Shown in pieces: positions 1 to 6,062 of a stretch of 15,450 nucleotides of DNA. Under the pieces are notes generated by a model, which made no database searches, was not told the origin of the DNA, and was given only the letters and a program-made list of their open reading frames with translations. This DNA comes from a virus. Lineage: Duplodnaviria; Heunggongvirae; Uroviricota; Caudoviricetes. The position numbers and the translations under genes are program-made. The DNA is taken from IMG/VR virus record IMGVR_UViG_2713897054_000018, positions 1 to 15,450 of that record. One strand, 5' to 3'. The first letter of the stretch is position 1. Every line of letters begins with the position of its first letter.

Positions 1-324
1 TAAACTCACAGCAAAGAAAGAAGCAATCCTAATATCCATAAATGCATCTGGACCACTGATTAAGGGAAATAAATAGGTTAAGAAATAATTTGTTATCTCC
101 TTATCTGCTGGAGAGGCGGTAGTTAATTTTTTACTGGTTACAGAATTATATTTAATTGCGTATTTAACAATCAAAACACACAGTAAAAGTATAATTGCAC
201 ACAATGATAAGTAAGCAATCATAAATTTATAGTGTTTTGATATACATGAAAGAAAAGCTAAGGTAAAAAATACCGGAGCAACTGAGCTGGCAGTAAGAAG
301 ATATTTGGCAAGCTTATTTAACAT
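1..324 (-). CDS. Hypothetical integral membrane protein, N-terminal 108 codons only; gene continues beyond the left edge of the window
   Basis: Hand translation of the minus strand from ATG at 324-322 gives MLNKLAKYLLTASSVAPVFFTLAFLSCISKHYKFMIAYLSLCAIILLLCVLIVKYAIKYNSVTSKKLTTASPADKEITNYFLTYLFPLISGPDAFMDIRIASFFAVSL with no stop before position 1. GGAGG lies 7 nt upstream of the ATG (+ strand 331-335 CCTCC). Two or three strongly hydrophobic segments suggest transmembrane helices. AT-rich. No family recognised. Confidence 0.5.
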   Translation of the reverse strand, partial: MLNKLAKYLLTASSVAPVFFTLAFLSCISKHYKFMIAYLSLCAIILLLCVLIVKYAIKYNSVTSKKLTTASPADKEITNYFLTYLFPLISGPDAFMDIRIASFFAVSL

Positions 325-495
325 ATTATCCTCCTTATCTGCCCTGGTGTCTGTATATAAAAACAGTATAACATCAATTTAAGCATCAAAGAAGATAATA
401 AAAATCAATTAAATCATAATGATGCCTGCGTTTTTAAAGTGTGGGCTTTTGGAGGCGGGTAATGTACGCGCGTATTCCCTGGAGATTCCATTTAA

Positions 496-513
496 AAGGC
501 TACGTATGTAGCC
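496..513 (-). terminator. Possible hairpin terminator or RNA structure just downstream of the 103-aa gene
   Basis: Perfect inverted repeat AGGCTAC-GTAT-GTAGCCT (7-bp stem, 4-nt loop) starting 9 nt after the stop of the 522..833 ORF. The trailing sequence on the minus strand (TTTAAAT) is only weakly U-rich. Confidence 0.25.
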
Positions 514-521
514 TCATGTAT

Positions 522-833
522 TTAAGAGTACTGGCCCCAATCTCTGGCAATAAACCAGTTTGGCGTCCAGCTAACAAACTCTTGCGGATGAAAGTTTTGA
601 GGGATTACAACTAGAGATACAATCGCTTCAGGTTGCAAACTGAGAACATGACTTTTTTTATCGCTTTCGTAATCCCAAAAATGGAATCTGTCACTTTTAT
701 CATGAGCTCTACGACTAGGACCGAAGTCCATAGGCGCAGTTAATCTTGTGATTGTCGCGTTATCTTCTTTTGAATAAAAAGTTAGCTGAATTTTTAAACA
801 ACTATGAATGGCATCAATGAATTTATCGCGCAT
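522..833 (-). CDS. Hypothetical 103-aa protein in the satellite variable (hotspot) region; function unknown
   Basis: ORF track 522..833 minus. Strong RBS: minus-strand sequence AAGGAG then 6 nt then ATG (+ strand 840-845 CTCCTT). AT-rich codon usage unlike the P4 core. No recognisable catalytic motif by eye. Confidence 0.55.
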   Translation of the reverse strand: MRDKFIDAIHSCLKIQLTFYSKEDNATITRLTAPMDFGPSRRAHDKSDRFHFWDYESDKKSHVLSLQPEAIVSLVVIPQNFHPQEFVSWTPNWFIARDWGQYS

Positions 834-959
834 ACGTTCTCCTTTGTAGTTACTAAATTAATATCCTCTATTGATAGATTATTGTGTGTGATCATTGCGG
901 CATTTAATAAAACGTAATGAGTTCATTGTATTTTATTTATGTTATCAGCCTTGCGCGCA

Positions 960-978
960 GTGCTTTCCCCGCCTCGCC
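960..978. other. cos: cos site: 19-nt cohesive-end sequence of the P2/P4 family
   Basis: Sequence GTGCTTTCCCCGCCTCGCC is the exact reverse complement of the P2/P4 cohesive end as I recall it (GGCGAGGCGGGGAAAGCAC). Position is as expected, about 165 bp beyond the end of psu. Confidence 0.6.
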
Positions 979-1080
979 CGCCCGCTTTGCGGGGCGGTTT
1001 TAATGCAGTTGCACTGACACGCTCAGACCGCGCCGGGAATGGCGCGGTTTGCAGAAAATGAGGCAGGGAAACGCATGCAA

Positions 1081-1112
1081 AGCCATGCACCTTATCGATG
1101 CATGGCTTTTTT
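1081..1112. terminator. Palindromic hairpin plus T-run between cos and psu; likely terminator of the late operon, possibly bidirectional
   Basis: AGCCATGCA-(8 nt)-TGCATGGCT followed by TTTTTT on the + strand. It lies 30 nt downstream of the psu stop on the minus strand. The stem is self-complementary so it can form on either transcript. Confidence 0.4.
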
Positions 1113-1142
1113 CAGTAAAAACGGGCGGATTTTCGGGGAGTT

Positions 1143-1715
1143 TTACACAGACTGATGTGATGCCAGTTGCGCACTTTTACGCGAAAAAATCATGTTCTGC
1201 GCAGGAGTGAATTTTTCACGGCTGTCATCCACCGAAGCAGCGTCAGGCCTGAATCCGATGGTCGTTAAAATGTCGCTATCCTGTGCGGAATAATTAATTT
1301 TTTCTCCCTTCGCAAGCCAGGACAGAAGGGCTTCACGCAGGGCATCTGTGGCCCGCTGTATGGCACAGTTTCGGGCAATGGCCGTCAGCTCACTGTAGCC
1401 CATCAGCTCCGGTGCCAGTGCCGCCGCCAGTGCTGTGCCGTGCTGCTGCATAAAATCATTCAGCCGGTCGCGGATGCTGATGTGCTGAACGGCTTCATGC
1501 GAACGAATATAACGACCGGCGGCCTGATTCACCTGCCATTTTCTGACTTCGATAATATTGCGTAATTCGTCCAGGCGACTGACGTTTCTGCCTTCTCCTG
1601 ACAGAAGCCGCAGGTATTCCTGTTCGGCCGCTGCCAGCTCATTTTTGCGTTGCAGCCATGCTGCTTTGTTATTCTGACAGGTGTCAAAGGCCTGCTGTAA
1701 GGCTGTGCTTTCCAT
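1143..1715 (-). CDS. psu: Psu, polarity suppression protein (Rho antagonist and capsid decoration protein) of P4-type satellites
   Basis: 190-aa ORF, the same length as P4 Psu. The sequence matches my recollection of P4 Psu (MESTALQQAFDTCQNNKAAWLQRKNEL...). It is last in the sid-delta-psu order and next to cos. Confidence 0.9.
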   Translation of the reverse strand: MESTALQQAFDTCQNNKAAWLQRKNELAAAEQEYLRLLSGEGRNVSRLDELRNIIEVRKWQVNQAAGRYIRSHEAVQHISIRDRLNDFMQQHGTALAAALAPELMGYSELTAIARNCAIQRATDALREALLSWLAKGEKINYSAQDSDILTTIGFRPDAASVDDSREKFTPAQNMIFSRKSAQLASHQSV

Positions 1716-1788
1716 CGTTATCTCTTTCTCATCATGCTGAAGAATAAAAATACGGTGTGCGGCGACGGCCGGTGTTAACCGGCAGCCC

Positions 1789-2289
1789 TCATTCCAGACG
1801 CAGCGAATATGATTGTGTTTTTAACCGTACTGGCGGCAGTTCCTGTTTTTCATGCAGGCGTTCTGCCAGTTCGTCCGGCGTGACCGGGCGGACAATGAAG
1901 CGGTTGATGGTCTGAAGCGTTTTAAACACCAGACCACAGCCCGGATCCGTGCACACATAAAAACGCTCGGTGACTTCCTGAGACAGACGCCGCGATGTTC
2001 TTGACAGTGCAAGGCCTTTACATCTCCGACAACAATATCCGGTAACAAGCATTCTTTTCGGGCGTTTCATACTGCCGGAGGCTGACGTCAGTGAATCGCG
2101 GTATCTCTGTTTGCCTGAAATGTATTCCATTCCTGAATCTTTACAGTCAGAGAAAAAGCTTTCACTCGCTTCAAATGTCGCAGAGCAATAAATATTCCGG
2201 CACTGTGCAATCATTATCTTGGTGCCATCGTCCATGAAATGTGCGCGGCGGGTGTGAGCAACATGTCCACACGACGGGCAGTAAATCAT
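1789..2289 (-). CDS. delta: Delta, late-gene transcriptional activator (tandem Ogr-like zinc-finger domains)
   Basis: 166-aa ORF, the same length as P4 Delta. Two Cys4 zinc-finger units are present (CPSCGH...C..C and CRRCKG...C..C). Its start overlaps the sid stop (ATGA at 2286-2289). Confidence 0.9.
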   Translation of the reverse strand: MIYCPSCGHVAHTRRAHFMDDGTKIMIAQCRNIYCSATFEASESFFSDCKDSGMEYISGKQRYRDSLTSASGSMKRPKRMLVTGYCCRRCKGLALSRTSRRLSQEVTERFYVCTDPGCGLVFKTLQTINRFIVRPVTPDELAERLHEKQELPPVRLKTQSYSLRLE

Positions 2290-3020
2290 GACAGCAGTCC
2301 TCTGGCCTTAAGCTCTGCACCCTGCTGGTCTATTTTGTCCTGCCACACCTTGCGCTGTGCCGGTGTGCCTGCCACCTCATAATCCATGTGCGGGAGTGTT
2401 GCCGCTGACAGTCCGGTCAGCCGGAGAACCGGCTCGCCGGTGAGGCTGATTTGCATCTGTTTTATTTTCTGTTCCAGCGATGATTTCACCTGCTGCATGA
2501 CAGCCTTTTCCGCCGCGACGTAGCCCTGATGGCCGGTGGTGTTGGCGAGCGGATTTTCCTGTACCAGGATGCTCAGATGCATTGCCCGGACAAGCGCCTC
2601 ACAGGTTTCATTCAGGGCGTGTTCCAGCTCATGCTCTGCATACAGACTCAGCAGGTGATGATGTGCCTTCCGGTAGGCGGTGGCCGTGCTGTCACACGCC
2701 CCTTTCAGGCGTTCACATTCAAAATTCAGCACCACGGCCAGATTGTCATATTCCTGTACCAGCTCCCGGCGTGCCACGCGCTCAATGTGGCGCTGTTTCA
2801 GCTCGTCGCTCAGGACACCACCGGCTGCACGAAAGGCCGTGCGCCAGTCGTCAGCGTCGTTTCCGTCGGCCTGCGCCAGCGCATTTTTTTCCTGCTCTGC
2901 CCGTTCAATGGCCGTGATGGTCTCATCCATCAGGCGGGCGTTCTCAAGATGAGCGGCTCTGGCCTTTTCCAGTTGTGCCAGCGCGGGTTGCAGATATTCA
3001 GGGATGGTGTTGTCAGACAT
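2286..3020 (-). CDS. sid: Sid, capsid size-determination (external scaffold) protein
   Basis: The ORF track gives 250 aa from a GTG at 3038. The ATG at 3020 has GAGGAG 7 nt upstream and gives 244 aa, the P4 Sid length. It is the first gene of the late operon and is translationally coupled to delta. Confidence 0.85.
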   Translation of the reverse strand: MSDNTIPEYLQPALAQLEKARAAHLENARLMDETITAIERAEQEKNALAQADGNDADDWRTAFRAAGGVLSDELKQRHIERVARRELVQEYDNLAVVLNFECERLKGACDSTATAYRKAHHHLLSLYAEHELEHALNETCEALVRAMHLSILVQENPLANTTGHQGYVAAEKAVMQQVKSSLEQKIKQMQISLTGEPVLRLTGLSAATLPHMDYEVAGTPAQRKVWQDKIDQQGAELKARGLLS

Positions 3021-3092
3021 TTTCCGGCTCCTCGTCACTTCAGGTTAAGAAAATTGTGACGTACACCGGACAACAACACGACGCATTGCAGA

Positions 3093-3110
3093 TGTGCCAG
3101 CCCTGACACA
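3093..3110 (-). promoter_or_regulatory. Candidate Delta/Ogr binding site (TGT-N12-ACA) of the sid late promoter
   Basis: TGT GCCAGCCCTGAC ACA dyad centred about 80 bp upstream of the sid ATG, which is the right distance for a site centred near -55 with a short 5' UTR. A second TGT-N12-ACA at 3055-3072 is too close to sid to serve the same promoter. Confidence 0.45.
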
Positions 3111-3189
3111 GGAGACTCATCCTCAGACCGGCAAGCCAGGAAAAGGTCGCAGGAAAAACCGGCTTACTGTTTGTTTTTTTATATTTTAC

Positions 3190-3293
3190 TGTTCACCTCT
3201 GTTCACCATAAGAAAAAAGATAAGTAATACAGTAAGTTAAATGGTGAACAATCGCAGTAATGACTGTTCACCGTCTGTTCACCACTGTTCACC
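3190..3293. repeat. ori-like cluster of type I iterons (TGTTCACC), the expected binding sites for the alpha protein
   Basis: Exact TGTTCACC at 3190-3197, 3200-3207, 3265-3272, 3276-3283 and 3286-3293, plus an inverted copy GGTGAACA at 3243-3250. Lies between the divergent sid promoter and the leftward-operon promoters. Confidence 0.7.
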
Positions 3294-3452
3294 CGCTCAT
3301 GGACTTTTTGTGCTGTTTACTACTGTTTGTTTTTATTAATTCGCCGGGAATGAATAAGAAGAAACGATTTGTATTTCACTATAAAAATTACGAATTGCTT
3401 TAAGTGGCTTTAAATGACTTTAAGTGGGAATGAACAAAAAACACACAGTCAT

Positions 3453-3470
3453 TGTAAGGCGGCCGGAACA
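3453..3470 (+). promoter_or_regulatory. Candidate Delta/Ogr binding site (TGT-N12-ACA) of the late promoter for the leftward operon (P4 PLL equivalent)
   Basis: TGT AAGGCGGCCGGA ACA. A site centred near -55 predicts a start near 3516, about 400 bp upstream of the candidate early promoter, which matches the P4 PLL-PLE spacing. The vis ATG follows at 3573. Confidence 0.4.
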
Positions 3471-3572
3471 AATCCCCCCTGTTGCGTCTGCCAAAAAGAT
3501 TCACAAAATAAAGCGCTACCCGAAGCCGGACGGACTTATCCGGTGCTGTATGGACATTAACGAGGTAGCCCG

Positions 3573-3839
3573 ATGCAAGCTGTTTTTTCTTCCCCGTCTC
3601 CCTCCCCTGTGACGCCACTGATGCCGCTGCCGGACATCACGCAGGAGCGTTTTTTACGTCTGCCGGAAGTGATGCACCTGTGCGGCCTGTCACGCTCGAC
3701 CATCTATGAACTCATCCGTAAGGGGGAATTTCCGCCGCAGGTGAGTCTTGGCGGTAAAAATGTGGCCTGGCTGCACTCTGAAGTCACCGCATGGATGGCC
3801 GGGCGCATTGCCGGACGCAAACGGGGGTACGACGCATGA
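3573..3839 (+). CDS. vis: Vis-like small DNA-binding protein (AlpA family excision/regulatory protein)
   Basis: 88-aa ORF with GAGG 7 nt upstream of the ATG. The core [22 protein letters not shown]....LG...V.W...EV..W is an AlpA-type helix-turn-helix signature. Position matches P4 vis, between the late and early leftward promoters. Confidence 0.65.
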   Translation: MQAVFSSPSPSPVTPLMPLPDITQERFLRLPEVMHLCGLSRSTIYELIRKGEFPPQVSLGGKNVAWLHSEVTAWMAGRIAGRKRGYDA

Positions 3840-3883
3840 TGATGCCTGTTCTGCAAAAACTCCCTTTTTCTGGCTTGCCTTTT

Positions 3884-3913
3884 TCCGGCATTTGCGGATA
3901 TAGTTTTTCCGCT
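3884..3913 (+). promoter_or_regulatory. Candidate sigma-70 early promoter of the leftward operon (P4 PLE equivalent)
   Basis: TTGCCT (3884-3889), 18-nt spacer, TATAGT (3908-3913). The seqA-like element begins about 15 bp downstream. Confidence 0.35.
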
Positions 3914-4104
3914 GTCGCAAAATCGGCAGCCGGGCGTGAGAACCCGAGTATGTTATCGGCGACATATGACGCGCCATGCGTCTTTTTTTGTGTCGCAATC
4001 AACGCCACAGAGCACCAGATTATGGTGTGGCGTGTGGTTTGCCGTGCAGGTATGATCCTGTTCGCAATCGCATGTTATGCCTCTGAGTCAATGGTAGCTC
4101 AGGC

Positions 4105-4155
4105 GGGGCAGCCTCCGGGCTGGCCGGTTTCCGATAACGCCGGTATTCTCACCCC
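4105..4155 (+). ncRNA. cI: Candidate CI-like immunity RNA core (seqB), flanked by complementary seqA-like (about 3929-3963) and seqC-like (about 4176-4223) targets; boundaries approximate
   Basis: CCGATAACGCCGGTATTCTCAC (about 4128-4150) is complementary to the direct repeats GCGTGAGAAC...GTTATCGG found at 3929-3963 and 4176-4220. The seqC copy overlaps the RBS of the next ORF (GTTATCGGAGG). This is the arrangement of P4 transcription-termination immunity. Confidence 0.35.
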
Positions 4156-4228
4156 CGTCTGGGCTATCGCCATCGAGCGTGAGAACTCCGGCGATAGCGT
4201 CATTTACGCTGTTATCGGAGGTTGCCTT

Positions 4229-4426
4229 ATGGCTACGACCCTTACCCCTTCACACCCTGAATTTGTCTTTGTGTTTGCGGCTGTCCGTCGCGCAGACCGT
4301 CATCCCCGTATCTGCATGCTTCGCACCGTCGCCGGTGATGAACGCAGTGCCCGCCGTTCCCTTGTCCGTGACTATGTGCTCTCCCTTGCTGCCCGTCTGC
4401 CAGTGGTGGAGGTGTCCCGTGCGTAA
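4229..4426 (+). CDS. Small early protein (65 aa), first translated ORF after the immunity leader; kil/eta-like by position
   Basis: ATG at 4229 with GGAGG 7 nt upstream. It is in frame with the longer 3791..4426 ORF, whose upstream part covers the promoter and immunity RNA region and is probably not coding. Its stop overlaps the next start (GTGCGTAA). Confidence 0.45.
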   Translation: MATTLTPSHPEFVFVFAAVRRADRHPRICMLRTVAGDERSARRSLVRDYVLSLAARLPVVEVSRA

Positions 4427-4706
4427 TAAAAAAGCCCCTCAGACCGTCTCAGCGCGTCATGACGCCCGTGAACACCTCAGCATTGAGGCTTATCATAAGC
4501 TCAACCGTGCCAGCGCCGTATCCCAGTTTGTTGGGGGTGATTTGATTCACCGTGAACTCTCCGGCCTGCATCAGCTCTACATTCCGCATATTTTCAGCTA
4601 CCTGAATGAAGATATTGATTTTGTGCTGAATGAGCTGAAAGCCAAAGGCCTGTGCCGCGATTTTCTCGCCCAGCAGAAAGACCGGGGAGACAGGACGCAT
4701 GTTTGA
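4419..4706 (+). CDS. Small early protein (95 aa); epsilon-like by position (possible helper-prophage derepressor)
   Basis: GTG start at 4419 with GGAGG 6 nt upstream. It is the gene immediately upstream of the 151-codon ORF, the same relative position as P4 epsilon. The ORF track lists a longer in-frame version from 4179 that lacks an RBS. Confidence 0.45.
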   Translation: MRNKKAPQTVSARHDAREHLSIEAYHKLNRASAVSQFVGGDLIHRELSGLHQLYIPHIFSYLNEDIDFVLNELKAKGLCRDFLAQQKDRGDRTHV

Positions 4707-5154
4707 TTTTCCCCAGCCCGGTGAGATTTACCGTTCTGCCGGTTTTCCCGATGTGGCCGTGGTCGGCATTCTGGAAGACGGTATTCCGTGGGAAATGCCG
4801 TACCGCTGCCCGGAAATTGTCTGGAACCCGTACCGCCGTAAATTCAGTATCCTTGTGCGTATCCTCGATGACGGGCGCACCACAGACATCCCGCTGGGGC
4901 GTTTTCTGCGGGAATTTACCTGTGACCGTCCTGACCTGTTCAGACGCAGCCCCGTAAACCGGCATGCGGTACTGAAAGAAATGGCCGGAGACCCGGAATT
5001 ACAGAAATGGCGGGAGAAATATCTGGATATTTACCCGCAGGAGCCTGTTCCGGTCAGCCGGGCGGCACCGGTGGCGCGGGAATGGCGGGAAATTCCCCGC
5101 ACGGAGCCTGACCCGGAAATCACCCCGGATAACAGTTACCGCAATTATCTGTAA
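4699..5154 (+). CDS. P4 orf151-like early protein, function unknown
   Basis: Exactly 151 codons, matching the P4 orf151 length and position in the leftward operon. Its start overlaps the stop of the preceding gene. Confidence 0.6.
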   Translation: MFDFPQPGEIYRSAGFPDVAVVGILEDGIPWEMPYRCPEIVWNPYRRKFSILVRILDDGRTTDIPLGRFLREFTCDRPDLFRRSPVNRHAVLKEMAGDPELQKWREKYLDIYPQEPVPVSRAAPVAREWREIPRTEPDPEITPDNSYRNYL

Positions 5155-5289
5155 TTAAAAAACGACACCCGAAAAATTAAATGTGCGTATTCGCGCAGGG
5201 ATACGCACGTCTTCAGGAGGCGCAGATATGCCTTATCAGTTAATGCAACCGGCACGGAATGCAGTCATCTGTCACAGGGAGGAAAGCAA

Positions 5290-5610
5290 ATGAAAACACC
5301 CTTACCGCCCGTCTTACGCGCTGCCCTTTACCGTCGCGCTGTCGCCTGTGCCTGGCTGACCGTGTGCGAACGTCAGCACCGCTACCCGCATCTCACCCTT
5401 GAGTCACTGGAGGCGGCCATCGCCGCTGAGCTGGAAGGCTTTTATCTGCGCCAGCACGGTGAGGAAAAAGGGCGTCAGATAGCCTGTGCCCTGCTGGAAG
5501 ATTTAATGGAATCCGGCCCCCTGAAGGCCGCGCCGTCGCTGTCCTTTCTCGGGCTGGTTGTGATGGATGAACTCTGTGCCCGTCACATAAAAGCGCCGGT
5601 ACTGCACTGA
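5290..5610 (+). CDS. Hypothetical 106-aa early protein directly upstream of alpha
   Basis: ORF track 5290..5610 with GGAGG 7 nt upstream. Its stop lies 15 nt before the alpha start. Codon usage matches the P4 core. Confidence 0.55.
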
Positions 5611-5624
5611 AGGAGAACAACACC

Positions 5625-6062
5625 ATGAAAATGAACGTAACCGCCACCGTCAGCCATGCGCTCGGCCACTGGCCGCGTATTCTCCCGGCGCTGGGGATTC
5701 AGGTGCTGAAAAACCGTCATCAGCCCTGTCCGGTCTGTGGCGGGAGTGACCGCTTCCGTTTTGATGACAGGGAGGGGCGCGGCACCTGGTACTGCAATCA
5801 GTGTGGTGCCGGTGACGGCCTGAAACTGGTTGAAAAGGTGTTTGGTGTCTCCCCGTCCGACGCGGCCACAAAGGTGGCTGCCGTGACCGGCAGCCTGCCC
5901 CCGGCTGACCCGGCAGTGACGGCCGCCGCCGGTGCTGAAACAGAAGCCGCCCGGAAGAACGCCGCCGCACTGGCACAAACCCTGATGGCGAAAACCCGTC
6001 CCGGAACCGGTAACGCCTACCTGACCCGCAAGGCTTTCCCGGCCGGGAATGCCGGATGCTGA
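5625..6062 (+). CDS. alpha: Alpha primase-helicase, N-terminal fragment (zinc-binding primase domain), ended by an apparent frameshift
   Basis: 145-aa ORF with AGGAG 9 nt upstream. Contains a CxxC...CxxC zinc motif (CPVCGGSDRFRFDDREGRGTWYCNQCG). It continues in another frame as the 633-aa ORF, and 145 + 633 is about the 777 aa of P4 alpha. Confidence 0.75.
   Translation: MKMNVTATVSHALGHWPRILPALGIQVLKNRHQPCPVCGGSDRFRFDDREGRGTWYCNQCGAGDGLKLVEKVFGVSPSDAATKVAAVTGSLPPADPAVTAAAGAETEAARKNAAALAQTLMAKTRPGTGNAYLTRKAFPAGNAGC

Noticed and set aside
2529-3059. Plus-strand ORFs (176, 111, 90 aa) overlapping sid, and similar antisense ORFs across alpha (5393..5647, 5583..6119, 5650..6069, 6155..6916, 6507..6731, 6763..6960, 7093..7419, 7607..8029)
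   Set aside because: They are antisense or out of frame to strongly supported genes in GC-rich DNA, lack RBSs, and have Arg/Pro/Gly-rich low-complexity translations typical of spurious ORFs.
3055-3072. TGT-N12-ACA dyad as the sid promoter activator site
   Set aside because: Its centre is only about 43 bp from the sid ATG, too close for a site centred near -55 upstream of a transcription start. The dyad at 3093-3110 fits better. By chance a few such dyads are expected in 15 kb, so this one may be fortuitous or a secondary site.
3791-4228. N-terminal 146 codons of the 211-aa ORF 3791..4426
   Set aside because: This part overlaps the end of vis, the candidate early promoter and the seqA/seqB/seqC immunity leader. 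Only the last 65 codons (from the ATG at 4229) have a strong RBS. The long ORF is probably an artefact of GC-rich sequence.
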